A stretch of 64,000 bases of DNA from IMG/VR virus record IMGVR_UViG_3300032312_001422, positions 32,001 to 96,000 of that record. One strand, 5' to 3'. Position 1 is the first letter of the stretch, and each line of letters begins with the position of its first letter. The notes under the pieces are model-generated. The model was not told the DNA's origin, did not search any database, and was given only the letters and a program-made list of their open reading frames with translations. This document shows, in pieces, positions 1-9,733 of the stretch. Source of the DNA: a virus (taxonomy: Duplodnaviria > Caudoviricetes). A program made the translations under genes and the position numbers.

Positions 1-2
1 AA

Positions 3-1397
3 CAGAATGATATACTGAGTCGTTTAAGTAGCAACGGTTACGGTACCACAACCTGGGGTGCCGGCGGCACACGCATAGAATCAGTTGCATTGGAAAACTT
101 CACAGACTCGGCCAAAGGTTCAAAGATCAACTTCTGGACCACACCTGCGGGCAGTATAACATCACAGTTGGTGGCCAGCGTGAACTCGGTGGGCTTGGTT
201 GCCAATGGTATTCAATTCAGCACAGACAGCACCATACAGACCACAGCTGGTATCCCACTCACACAAAAGGGCGTGTCACAGGGTGTAGCCACCTTGGGCG
301 TGGATGGTCGATTGACCACTGAACAAATCCCCAGCAGTTTGAGTGGCGCTATTACTTTCCAAGGTGGCTGGAATGCGTTTACTAACACTCCTGCACTCAG
401 CAATGGCACAGGTGTTACAGGCCAGCAGTATATTGTTATAGTAGGCGGTGACCGCAACCTAGGCGCAGGCAATGTTGTTTATGCCCCAGGTGATACTGTC
501 ACTTACGGTGCCAATGTTTGGAACTACGTACAAGGTACCAGTCCAATCTCATCGGTGAGTGGAAACCTACACATGCAGGTTGGTCCCACAACTGGTGCTG
601 TTGTGATCGGTATCAATGCCACTCCCAATGCCACTGCCAGTACTGTTGTGAGTCGTGATGCGTCAGGCAACTTCCAGGCCAACACTATTACCGCCACGTT
701 GGCAGGTCAAGCAACTTCAGCCATAACAGCCGCAACTGTTACCACAGGCACACAAAGTGCAATCACCAGTGTTGGTACACTGACCAGTTTGGCAGTCACC
801 GGCAATGTCTCAGCAGGCAACGTTACTGCTGCCACTGGAACAATCACAGCCGCAACAGGTCAGTTTACCAATATCAATTCCAGCCTACAGACTATCGGCG
901 CCAATCTTGGTACAGCAACCACAAACATCGCAACATTGTTCAGTAATGCCGCAACACAGCAAACACAGATCACAAATATTACTACAAATGCCAATGCCAA
1001 CACAGCCGCTTACTTAACCACAGCCACTGGCAACATTTCAGCTGGTAATATAACAGCTACCAACTATACCGGAAAAGTCACTCACTCAATTCGTAATGCA
1101 GGCAACGTAACTGGCACCACGTTGACATTAGATGTTACCACAGATGACCTTGTCAAATGTACTTTTTCTGATGCATTTACAGTGGCATTCAGCAATATTG
1201 TTGCTGGTAGAGTAATCACACTTATTGCCACCAATACCTCTGCTGGCGATACTGACATTATTACCGCAGGTATTAGTAGTGTAAACATGCAGGGTGATTC
1301 CACACTCACAGTTACTCAACAAACCACAGCAATAATCACCTATTACAGTCTTGACGGTGACACCGCCAACATCTATGCTTCGGCAGTTTACGCTTGA
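3..1397 (+). CDS. Tail fibre-like virion protein, 5'-truncated by window edge
   Basis: Frame is open from nt 3 with no stop before the ORF-track start at 90; T/A/G/N-rich low-complexity repeats; GVATLGVDGRL and GGWNAFTNTPAL motifs typical of phage fibre proteins. Confidence 0.6.
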   Translation, partial: QNDILSRLSSNGYGTTTWGAGGTRIESVALENFTDSAKGSKINFWTTPAGSITSQLVASVNSVGLVANGIQFSTDSTIQTTAGIPLTQKGVSQGVATLGVDGRLTTEQIPSSLSGAITFQGGWNAFTNTPALSNGTGVTGQQYIVIVGGDRNLGAGNVVYAPGDTVTYGANVWNYVQGTSPISSVSGNLHMQVGPTTGAVVIGINATPNATASTVVSRDASGNFQANTITATLAGQATSAITAATVTTGTQSAITSVGTLTSLAVTGNVSAGNVTAATGTITAATGQFTNINSSLQTIGANLGTATTNIATLFSNAATQQTQITNITTNANANTAAYLTTATGNISAGNITATNYTGKVTHSIRNAGNVTGTTLTLDVTTDDLVKCTFSDAFTVAFSNIVAGRVITLIATNTSAGDTDIITAGISSVNMQGDSTLTVTQQTTAIITYYSLDGDTANIYASAVYA

Positions 1398-1510
1398 TGA
1401 TGTATTCGCCAGCACAGTATATGTTATATAAGAGTTAAATCACCAAAATCCTTGACACACACCATTTATTGTAGTATTATTACTGAGTTAGAACTCTTAA
1501 ATATTACACT

Positions 1511-3091
1511 ATGATATTTGGTTACTTCACCCTATTTGTTGCATTACTGATCGAAGTTGTAGGTGCCTACTACAGCATCACCGGCCTTGCAGCAATCTTT
1601 TCGGGTGCAGTAATTCCAATCCTGATCATGGGCGGAGTACTAGAAGTTGGCAAAGTCACTGCCGCTGTTTGGTTAAAGAACAATTGGGAAAGAGCTAGCC
1701 TTACATTTAAACTGTATCTGCTGCCTGCTGTAATATTACTAATGTTTATTACCAGCATGGGCATCTTTGGTTTCCTATCCAAAGCACACAATGATCAAAA
1801 TCTAGTGTCTGGCGATGTGCTGGGCAAGATTGCCATTTACGATGAAAAAATAAAAATCCAGCGAGACAATATCGATTCGGCTCGCCGTGCCCTACAACAA
1901 ATGGATGCCGCAGTTGATCAAACAATGTCACGTTCAACGTCTGAAACCGGTGCAGACAAAGCCACTGCCATACGTCGCAGTCAAGCACGTGAACGCACCA
2001 ACTTGCAAAATGAAATAGCCCGGGCACAGACCGAAATTGTACGACTAAATGATCTACGTGCTCCGATTGCTGCCGAAGTACGCAAAGTCGAAGCCGAAGT
2101 GGGTCCTATCAAGTATATTGCCAAACTGATCTATGGTGACAATCCTGATGCCAACCTGTTGGAGCATGCAGTGGTCTGGGTCATCATCATGATTGTGGCA
2201 GTATTTGATCCACTTGCACTTGTGCTGATCTTGGCCGCACAACAAAGTATTCGCTGGGCACGTGGCGAAGATACAGAAGAACCTGTTGTCGCCACGGATG
2301 CAAAGCCAACCGTGTTTGGTCAATTCACAGAAAAGATTCGACGTCGCTTTGTCAAAGACGACACACCGGACTTTGAAGGTGTAAAGTTACCCGATGGTAC
2401 TTGGGTGCAGACTGGTCCAGCATTCAATACTGCCGAACCCCGAGAAGAATACACCGACATCAATGACGTAAATGCCATGTTGGCCGAAGCCGCTGAGGAT
2501 AGTCGAGCAGACTATACCGAAGGCAGTCTAGTTGTAGAAAACACACCGGATGATGAAGATTACAAACCATTCAAAGGCACTGGCATTTCGCCCACTGGTT
2601 TGGTAAGCACTCCTTATATACAGCCTCAAGTTGAAGACGAAAAAGAACCAGATCCGTTTATGGAAGATCTAGTTGTGGCCAAAGAAGAGCCTGAACTTGT
2701 ATCCGAGCCAGTGGCCGTTGATACACCAAATCCTCGTGCCGCCGAAGCCGCACCCGGACAGAATCGCGGTGCTATGTATTCTGCACCCATACAAGCAGAC
2801 AACTCACTACAATTGGGCAAAGCCGCCAGCACAGGATTTGGTAATGATTTCCCTGCAAACCCACAAAAAGGTGATGTTTACTTGAGAACCGACTACTTGC
2901 CAAATCGGTTATACAAGTTCAACGAAAAGAAATGGATAGAGGTTGACAAAAACTCTACAGACGTGTATGCTTATGAAGAAGCGTACATCCGTCATTTGAT
3001 TGAAGAAATTGAAGCCAACAGATACGACGCTGATACACTGACAGACGTAGAACGTGAACAAATTGCTGAATATCTAAGGAAAAATGCATAG
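1511..3091 (+). CDS. Membrane-anchored coiled-coil hypothetical protein
   Basis: Three N-terminal hydrophobic helices, long coiled coil, a further TM helix and acidic C-terminal region; TTGACA-N17-TAGTAT promoter upstream. Confidence 0.7.
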   Translation: MIFGYFTLFVALLIEVVGAYYSITGLAAIFSGAVIPILIMGGVLEVGKVTAAVWLKNNWERASLTFKLYLLPAVILLMFITSMGIFGFLSKAHNDQNLVSGDVLGKIAIYDEKIKIQRDNIDSARRALQQMDAAVDQTMSRSTSETGADKATAIRRSQARERTNLQNEIARAQTEIVRLNDLRAPIAAEVRKVEAEVGPIKYIAKLIYGDNPDANLLEHAVVWVIIMIVAVFDPLALVLILAAQQSIRWARGEDTEEPVVATDAKPTVFGQFTEKIRRRFVKDDTPDFEGVKLPDGTWVQTGPAFNTAEPREEYTDINDVNAMLAEAAEDSRADYTEGSLVVENTPDDEDYKPFKGTGISPTGLVSTPYIQPQVEDEKEPDPFMEDLVVAKEEPELVSEPVAVDTPNPRAAEAAPGQNRGAMYSAPIQADNSLQLGKAASTGFGNDFPANPQKGDVYLRTDYLPNRLYKFNEKKWIEVDKNSTDVYAYEEAYIRHLIEEIEANRYDADTLTDVEREQIAEYLRKNA

Positions 3092-3374
3092 TAACTTTAT
3101 TACCCCGCCCGACCTAATCGAAACAGTACTGGTAGTTAACGCCACTGAAGACCAAATCAAATTGTGTGCCGATGCTTGCAGAAACAGTGATCGTGCATAT
3201 AATGTTTACTTTTATCATACAGATATGCGAGATGTGTATTGGTTAGGCCAAGCAGTACAACGTGCAGAAACCATTTTACAAGCAGTAGACTCAGAAGTAC
3301 CTGTATTATGCCCGACCATCAAGTTTGGCCCAGATCAAGAATTAACTAACCCCGAAGACTATTTCAATAAATAA
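3084..3374 (+). CDS. Hypothetical protein
   Basis: 96-aa ORF overlapping previous stop, in co-directional gene string. Confidence 0.55.
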   Translation: MHSNFITPPDLIETVLVVNATEDQIKLCADACRNSDRAYNVYFYHTDMRDVYWLGQAVQRAETILQAVDSEVPVLCPTIKFGPDQELTNPEDYFNK

Positions 3375-3378
3375 CACT

Positions 3379-3630
3379 ATGGCATATCAACCCAAAGGCG
3401 GTCCAATCGTTTGTAGAGGCAACACAGTCACATTGCGTGAAGGTGAACCTGTAGAAAAAGCTCTACGTAAATTCAAGAAGAAAGTGCTGGAATCCGGCCT
3501 GCTTCGTGATCTCAAAGAGCGTGAAACCTACGAAAAACCCACTACACGACGTAAAAAAGCTAAAGCAGCAGCCAAGAACCGTTGGCGCAAAAAACTAGCT
3601 AGCGAATCGCTTCCTAAGAAACTCTACTAG
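3379..3630 (+). CDS. rpsU: Ribosomal protein bS21 homologue
   Basis: VTLREGEPVEKALRKFKKKV...RETYEKPTTRRKKAKAAA matches the bS21 pattern. Confidence 0.9.
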   Translation: MAYQPKGGPIVCRGNTVTLREGEPVEKALRKFKKKVLESGLLRDLKERETYEKPTTRRKKAKAAAKNRWRKKLASESLPKKLY

Positions 3631-4594
3631 CAATATCAGCAAACATCTGTTGTTGAAAGTCTGGGCTATACACAAGGTCCAGATTTTTTTGACGGCGGTG
3701 CAATGTGTCCAGCCAAATCTGATCTAAATCCTGTGCTAACAAATTGGTAATTGCAGTCATTAACATAGCAATCTTCGTTTCTAAATCGGGTTCTTGATCG
3801 TATGCATGATCGACGATGTCATCAAACACATCTACACCAATTGCTCTAAGATATTCAACAGTTCCCACAGATCCCAAGATTAAAAACAGTTGTCCAGAGA
3901 ATATGGGCTTCCATGTTTTTTCACTAACAAACGTATTTTCAGTACGACTTTCAGGCAAGTAATCTATGTAACAGGTTTGATAAGTGGGGCAGGCGTTGCT
4001 TTCAAATTTGTCCATGTCATCTGCTACACTTAGTCTAAGCGGATAAATTGAACGCAAATAGTCAGCGTCTTGTGCAGTAACTTTATTTAAAACGTCTGTG
4101 CTGAGATAATCATACTGTTCAGATAACTCTGGATAGATCCACCCAAAACTTTTTTGTACTTGATCAAACCATGGCTGTTTGCTCATGGCCACAAAATTTA
4201 ATGTTTTGTGAGTCCAAGGATTTTTGGTCAAACAACTTATCGGATATGGTCTAAGAGTTGTAATGTCAGGCCGTTGATTGTTTGGATCTCGCAACATGCT
4301 GGCATAGTATCTGGGCAAATGTACAATTTTAGGATGTTTATCGAAATGATAGCGATAGTTTGATGTTGCAACAATAAACTCCTGTTGTAAATTTAACTCT
4401 GCTATCCAATCCAAATATTCTAATTCGTTATCTTCTGGCCCAAGACTTTTATCAAATATGATTAATTCAGCACTGGGATTCGCGGCAATTTGTTCCACAA
4501 TTACAGGTCGTTGGTCATCACCGGGTAATCCGTAGCCATTGACAACTATGGGTAATATTTGTTTTTTTGGGTTGAATAAATTATAAGGATACAT
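3614..4594 (-). CDS. Hypothetical protein, EKTxKPI paralog family (possibly glycosyltransferase-like)
   Basis: 326 aa; SEKTWKPI...GVDVFDDIVDHAYD motif shared with 20757-21971 and 26616-27728. Confidence 0.6.
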   Translation of the reverse strand: MYPYNLFNPKKQILPIVVNGYGLPGDDQRPVIVEQIAANPSAELIIFDKSLGPEDNELEYLDWIAELNLQQEFIVATSNYRYHFDKHPKIVHLPRYYASMLRDPNNQRPDITTLRPYPISCLTKNPWTHKTLNFVAMSKQPWFDQVQKSFGWIYPELSEQYDYLSTDVLNKVTAQDADYLRSIYPLRLSVADDMDKFESNACPTYQTCYIDYLPESRTENTFVSEKTWKPIFSGQLFLILGSVGTVEYLRAIGVDVFDDIVDHAYDQEPDLETKIAMLMTAITNLLAQDLDQIWLDTLHRRQKNLDLVYSPDFQQQMFADIASRVS

Positions 4595-4628
4595 TTGACA
4601 ATCAGTGAAAAATCCTGTATAAATACTT

Positions 4629-4682
4629 ATGTAGATGCCCAGGTGGGGTCTACATTAAAGTCATACTTGCTTAATTAAGGAG
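4629..4682 (+). promoter_or_regulatory. hsp20 5'UTR: leader hairpin plus ROSE-like RNA thermometer
   Basis: ATGTAGA/TCTACAT stem (4629-4655); CTTGCTT-AATT-AAGGAG (4666-4682) pairs UUGCU with the SD with a bulged G; TATAAATA at 4618-4625. Confidence 0.65.
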
Positions 4683-4689
4683 AAAACAA

Positions 4690-5142
4690 ATGACAAATAT
4701 TACACTTCACACACTTGATTTACCCACATTCGTTAATCAAATTCATCGCCATACTGTTGGCTTTGACAGTTTGTTCAATGAATTAAATCGCGGCTTTGCC
4801 AACAGCAAAAGCGATAACTATCCTCCACACAATGTTATTCGCCTAGATGACCAACACCATGTGATTGAAATCGCAGTGGCTGGTTTTGCCGAAAGCGAAA
4901 TTGATGTTGAACTAAAGGACAGCGTATTAACTGTGCGTGGCGAACAAGCTGCCAAAAACGAAGAGATTGAATATCTGCACAAGGGATTATCAACTCGTAA
5001 TTTTGAACGCACATTCCGTTTGGCCGACAACACCGAAGTCAAAGGTGCCACAATCAAAAACGGTATCTTGGCCATTGCTTTAGAGCATATTGTTCCTGAA
5101 GAACAAAAGCCTAAAAAAATTGCCATTACATTTGCAAAATAA
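4690..5142 (+). CDS. Small heat-shock protein (Hsp20/IbpA family)
   Basis: NYPPHNVI, IEIAVAGF, YLHKGLSTRNFERTFRL, NGILAIAL alpha-crystallin motifs. Confidence 0.95.
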   Translation: MTNITLHTLDLPTFVNQIHRHTVGFDSLFNELNRGFANSKSDNYPPHNVIRLDDQHHVIEIAVAGFAESEIDVELKDSVLTVRGEQAAKNEEIEYLHKGLSTRNFERTFRLADNTEVKGATIKNGILAIALEHIVPEEQKPKKIAITFAK

Positions 5143-5156
5143 GTAATAGGTGTGTA

Positions 5157-5189
5157 TAATAAGGGGAAGGCAACTTATTCCCCTTATTA
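5157..5189 (+). terminator. Hairpin between hsp20 and clpS
   Basis: AATAAGGGGA...TCCCCTTATT inverted repeat. Confidence 0.45.
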
Positions 5190-5197
5190 AAATAATC

Positions 5198-5527
5198 ATG
5201 AGCGAAACAATGTCAAAAACCAAAACCCAGTCGGTAGTTCGTACCCGTATTGAACCCAAACTCAATATCAGTGAGCCACCGCAGTTCCGTGTGATCTACA
5301 TAAACGATGAACAGACCACGCAGGAATTTGTAGTAGAAACACTCAAGGTCATATTCAACTATGACGAGGGTGCTGCACAATCGTTGACCATGAAAGTGCA
5401 TGAAGAAGGTTCGGCTGTGGTGGCAGTATTGCCCTACGAAATGGCCGAACAAAAAGGCATTGAAGTTACGTTACTTGCTCGTAACAATGGATTTCCCTTA
5501 CAAGTCAAAATTGAACAAGACAGATGA
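5198..5527 (+). CDS. clpS: ClpS N-end-rule adaptor homologue
   Basis: FRVIYINDEQTTQEFVV...KVHEEGSAVV...EMAEQK...ARNNGFPL; start moved to ATG 5198. Confidence 0.9.
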   Translation: MSETMSKTKTQSVVRTRIEPKLNISEPPQFRVIYINDEQTTQEFVVETLKVIFNYDEGAAQSLTMKVHEEGSAVVAVLPYEMAEQKGIEVTLLARNNGFPLQVKIEQDR

Positions 5528-6003
5528 TATTCAATCACATTCGTAAACTCAAAGACGATGGCAAGAAGATTGGCATTACATTTTCAACATTTGATATGTT
5601 GCATGCCGGTCACATTGCCATGTTGGCCGAAGCCAAGAATCATTGCGATTACTTGATTGCTGGCCTGCAAACAGATCCTACCATTGACAGACCCGATACC
5701 AAAAACAAACCTGTACAAAGTATTGTGGAACGTCAAATTCAATTGGCTGCTTGCCGTTATGTGGACGAAGTGGTTGTTTATCAAACTGAGCAAGATCTAG
5801 TGGACTTGTTACTGATACTACCTTTGGATATTCGAGTGCTTGGCGTCGAATACCAAGACAAAGAGTATACTGGTAAGCACGAAGGTCAGCGTCGCAACAT
5901 ACAACCAATCTTCAATGGACGTGACCATTCATTCTCCAGTTCGGGCTTGCGTAGCCGTGTGGTAGAAGCCGAATCATTGAAATTATTGACAAAAAAATCT
6001 TAA
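5524..6003 (+). CDS. Cytidylyltransferase-like (TagD/HIGH family)
   Basis: FSTFDMLHAGH (HxGH), RYVDEV, RDHSFSSSGLR. Confidence 0.85.
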   Translation: MIFNHIRKLKDDGKKIGITFSTFDMLHAGHIAMLAEAKNHCDYLIAGLQTDPTIDRPDTKNKPVQSIVERQIQLAACRYVDEVVVYQTEQDLVDLLLILPLDIRVLGVEYQDKEYTGKHEGQRRNIQPIFNGRDHSFSSSGLRSRVVEAESLKLLTKKS

Positions 6004-6020
6004 TGTAGTATAATACTAAC

Positions 6021-6578
6021 ATGGATATAATGTTAGATTTAGAAAGCCTAGGAACACGCCCAGATTGTGCTATTCTCACTTTGGGTGCTGTCAAGTTTGA
6101 TCCTTTTACTCCTGATGCGTTTGGTGACAGTTTATACCTACGCATAGACGTAGATGAACAGTTAGCCCTGGGTCGTGAAGTGCAGGAAGATACACTTGCA
6201 TGGTGGTCAAATCAAGCAGAAGACGTCCGCGAGGAAGCCTTGGGAGAAGGTAACCGTGTTAGCCTAGACAGCATGTACCGACAGTTAAACCGATTCACAG
6301 TCGGTGCGGAAAACATCTGGTGCCAAGGTCCTGCATTCGATATTGTTATACTAGAAAATATCTATAGACAATGTGGCTGGCCAACTCCGTGGCAGTTTTG
6401 GCAAATACGTGATAGCCGTACCCTATTTGGTGTACACGGCGATCCTAGAGAAAAAGGCAAAGCTGGCTTGCACAATGCCTTAGAAGATTGCGTTAGCCAG
6501 GCTCAAGGTGTACAAGCGATTTACCATGCACTTAAATTAGAAAAGCGTACCTACGCTAAAGCAATGGAAAAAGCATAA
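6021..6578 (+). CDS. DEDD-family 3'-5' exonuclease
   Basis: MLDLESLG, FDIVILE, RDSRT, HNALEDC motifs. Confidence 0.85.
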   Translation: MDIMLDLESLGTRPDCAILTLGAVKFDPFTPDAFGDSLYLRIDVDEQLALGREVQEDTLAWWSNQAEDVREEALGEGNRVSLDSMYRQLNRFTVGAENIWCQGPAFDIVILENIYRQCGWPTPWQFWQIRDSRTLFGVHGDPREKGKAGLHNALEDCVSQAQGVQAIYHALKLEKRTYAKAMEKA

Positions 6579-6895
6579 TGCAAATTATTTGGAATCAAGA
6601 AGCAGCAGAAAGTTTACGTACCAATCAAACTGTGTTGGAATTAGAAACATTCCCAGTTGGTGATCAAACCATTACCGCTTATTGTGTAGTTCCAGCTGAA
6701 CGAGTATTTCCAGACATTGCACGTTTAGAAAATCTTAAAGAATTGCATCAAGCCTTTATAACAGCACTCAATGAAAAGAATTATCAACTGTGTCAGGACA
6801 TAGCACCAAACCTTGTTGGGTCGTTTGCCGGCGAACTGGATAGTTTCTATCAAACCATACTGGATAAAATAACCAATGCAACAGATAATTCCTAA
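6578..6895 (+). CDS. Hypothetical protein
   Basis: 105-aa ORF coupled (TAATG) to upstream gene. Confidence 0.6.
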   Translation: MQIIWNQEAAESLRTNQTVLELETFPVGDQTITAYCVVPAERVFPDIARLENLKELHQAFITALNEKNYQLCQDIAPNLVGSFAGELDSFYQTILDKITNATDNS

Positions 6896-7982
6896 TTCTA
6901 GTTATGCATACGGTATTTACGAAACTGGATCAAAGCAGTATTTAAATAAAACAGATGCGTTGATAGAAGCAACACGCACTGGACAAGATGTGCATTGGAA
7001 TTTTCATGACAAAACATATGGTTCTATAGATTGGACAAAACGTCCAACCGGCACATTAAAAGAATTATATCAAAAAAGAGCACAACAAATACGTGACAAA
7101 TACGATTACATTGTTGTGCATTTCTCTGGCGGTGCAGACTCCTGGACTGTGTTAAATAGCTTTTTATCAAACGGTCTTCATGTCGATGAAGTGTTTAGCA
7201 GGTGGGCAAATTCAGCTGAACAAAAATATAAAACAGCAAATAATTTAGATCATCGAGAAAGTAATCTTTTTAGCGAGTACGACTTTGCTGCATATCCAGT
7301 ATTAAAAGAAATTGAAAAAAAATATCCAAAAACATATATTCATATTGATGATTACTCAACCGAGTATGAACACGATGTTGATGACAACAATCTTAGACAC
7401 GGCGGGCATTACCTGACCTTGGGAACCTTTTATAGATTTAGTCGTAAAAGCCCAGCAGAAGTTGCTGCCGCAGAATCCGGGAAACGTATAGCAGTTGTAT
7501 ACGGGTTTGACAAAATACAGTATTGTACAGAAAACAATAATATGTACGCATATTTTGTAGATAGATTTGGCGGAACTGATCAAGACCCTGCAAGACATGT
7601 TGAAGCATTTTACTGGAGTCCCGATCTTCCTGAGATTCCAGTTATGCAAGCCCACGATATGAAACGTTATTATGAAAAAAATCCTTTACTAACAGACGAG
7701 CTAGACAATTTTAATAGAAAAAGTTATGTTCATGTGTGTTATCCTGATTACAATCTTGATACTTTTCAAGTAGGAAAACCCATTGGTGCAGAAATATGGC
7801 AAAGCGAAATGTGGATACGACAACACAATCCTAGATACGTTGACTCTTGGCAATGGGCAATCAATCAATATATACACAACGTTGACGCAAGATTTTGTGA
7901 ATTTTTCAACAATAAACTCAGGCTCGGGTACAAAATGAACACTAGCAATATGTACTGCTTGGGTCCTATACTTCCGTTTTAA
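6876..7982 (+). CDS. PP-loop (adenine nucleotide alpha-hydrolase-like) protein
   Basis: IVVHFSGGADS PP-loop motif. Confidence 0.65.
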   Translation: MQQIIPNSSYAYGIYETGSKQYLNKTDALIEATRTGQDVHWNFHDKTYGSIDWTKRPTGTLKELYQKRAQQIRDKYDYIVVHFSGGADSWTVLNSFLSNGLHVDEVFSRWANSAEQKYKTANNLDHRESNLFSEYDFAAYPVLKEIEKKYPKTYIHIDDYSTEYEHDVDDNNLRHGGHYLTLGTFYRFSRKSPAEVAAAESGKRIAVVYGFDKIQYCTENNNMYAYFVDRFGGTDQDPARHVEAFYWSPDLPEIPVMQAHDMKRYYEKNPLLTDELDNFNRKSYVHVCYPDYNLDTFQVGKPIGAEIWQSEMWIRQHNPRYVDSWQWAINQYIHNVDARFCEFFNNKLRLGYKMNTSNMYCLGPILPF

Positions 7983-8079
7983 ACCCACTTATAATTTGTT
8001 CTAGATCCTATTAAATACTAATAGGAGCTAAAGTCTAACGACTTTACTACCGATAATAATAATAAAAAGAGGTAGCATT

Positions 8080-8550
8080 ATGGGCATCAAAAAACAGGTT
8101 ATCGCATCCTATGCCAGCGTATCTGTAGCACTGATCATGGTATCTATGTCAACAGCATCCGCTGAGCTGGTACACAACTTTCAAAGTCCGGCCTTTATAC
8201 CAGGCAATGGATTTAGCCAGCACGTTCTTACTATTCATCAGTTAGAAGAAGCCAAGAAAAAAGAGATCAAAGCAGAACAACTTGCTGCCATAGCCAAAGC
8301 AGAAACTGCGGCCAAAAACACCAACTTGGCAAAATTCTTGGTCAACGTAGAAGCACGTATCTACGCACAATTATCCAAACAACTGGCAGATCAAATGTTT
8401 TCCGAAGGTGGCGGCGATAGTGGAACTATGAACTTTCAGGGTAGCACTATCAGTTGGGTTAAAACTGGCACCGATGTAACTTTAACTATTATTGAAGCCA
8501 CGGGTGGCCGAACTGAGATCACTGTACCTATAGCGAGCTTTGCATTTTAA
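8080..8550 (+). CDS. csgF: Curli assembly protein CsgF-like
   Basis: Signal peptide then AELVHNFQSPAFIPGNG, resembling the CsgF N-terminal motif; directly upstream of csgG-like gene. Confidence 0.75.
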   Translation: MGIKKQVIASYASVSVALIMVSMSTASAELVHNFQSPAFIPGNGFSQHVLTIHQLEEAKKKEIKAEQLAAIAKAETAAKNTNLAKFLVNVEARIYAQLSKQLADQMFSEGGGDSGTMNFQGSTISWVKTGTDVTLTIIEATGGRTEITVPIASFAF

Positions 8551-9686
8551 TGAAAAGAATTTTATTATCATTGATTTTATTAACATTGTCTGGCTGTGCC
8601 CATGTTCACATGGAAGCAGGCAAGGAAGACCCAGTGGCTCTACAACCTAGAGAAAGTTTAATCAGTAAAATACCAGAATTGGATGGACCAGCCATTACTA
8701 TTGCTGTCTACGGATTTACAGACAAAACAGGTCAGATGAAGGCCAATGATAGAATAGCAGTATTCAGCAAGGCAGTTACCCAGGGTGCTGAAGTGTTCCT
8801 AATCAAAAGTCTGCAGGACTCAAAGAATTGGTTCAAAGTAGTTGAGCGTGTGGGACTAGATAATCTAATTAAAGAACGTCAGCTAATACGTAACCAACGA
8901 GAAGTTTACGAAGGCAAGGATGCCAGACCACTCAAGCCCATGACAGTGGCAGGAGTGATGATAGAAGGTGGCATCATTGGCTATGACAGCAATATTAGAT
9001 CAGGTGGTAATGGTGCTAGATTTTTAGGTATTGGAGGTAGCCAACAGTATCGCGTAGACGAAATTGTAATTAGCTTAAGATTAATCAGTGTCAATTCGGG
9101 TGAAGTATTGATAACCAATGCTGTAAGCAAGACTATTTTTAGTACACAACACAACGTGGGTGTGCTACGTTTTGTAGACGCAGGCACCAAGGCCTTGGAA
9201 TTAGAAAATGGCATGGCCTTGAATGAGCCTACTACTTATGCGGTACGGGTGGCCATTGAACAGGCAGTTTACGACATGATCGTTGAAGGCGAAAAGAAAG
9301 GCATTTGGAGATATAAGAAAACAGTCCAGGTGCCAGCGAAAGAAGAAGTCAAGGTAGAACCTAAGAAAGAAGTTGTGGTTCAACCGCAACCTAAGGTTTC
9401 TGCTCCTGTGGTAGAAACAACGGTAGAAGAAAAGAAAGCAGAACCTAAAACATTGTTTGGACAAAGTAGATTGAAAGAAGCCGAATTCATTTACAAAGAA
9501 CCAAACGATAAAAGTCAAAAAACTTGGCAGTTCAAGAAAGGCACAGTAGTAAATGTTGTCCAACCTGTAAGCGAGGGTTGGATTCGAGTGGTAGATGTAG
9601 AAGGAAGAGGCGGTTGGATTAAAATGGATGCAGTACAAGAAGTACCACCAGAGAAATCGGGGCTGGGGGACAAAAATAAAAATTAA
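8550..9686 (+). CDS. csgG: Curli secretion lipoprotein CsgG-like with C-terminal SH3-like domain
   Basis: Lipobox LSGC; IAVYGFTDKTGQ, AVTQGAEVFL, WFKVVERVGLDNLIKERQLIR, GGIIGYDSN; C-terminal KKGTVVNVV...GWIRV...GGWI. Confidence 0.9.
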   Translation: MKRILLSLILLTLSGCAHVHMEAGKEDPVALQPRESLISKIPELDGPAITIAVYGFTDKTGQMKANDRIAVFSKAVTQGAEVFLIKSLQDSKNWFKVVERVGLDNLIKERQLIRNQREVYEGKDARPLKPMTVAGVMIEGGIIGYDSNIRSGGNGARFLGIGGSQQYRVDEIVISLRLISVNSGEVLITNAVSKTIFSTQHNVGVLRFVDAGTKALELENGMALNEPTTYAVRVAIEQAVYDMIVEGEKKGIWRYKKTVQVPAKEEVKVEPKKEVVVQPQPKVSAPVVETTVEEKKAEPKTLFGQSRLKEAEFIYKEPNDKSQKTWQFKKGTVVNVVQPVSEGWIRVVDVEGRGGWIKMDAVQEVPPEKSGLGDKNKN

Positions 9687-9733
9687 AGGTCACTGACCAA
9701 GGAGCAAATTAGGCTAAACCTAATTTAATAAAA

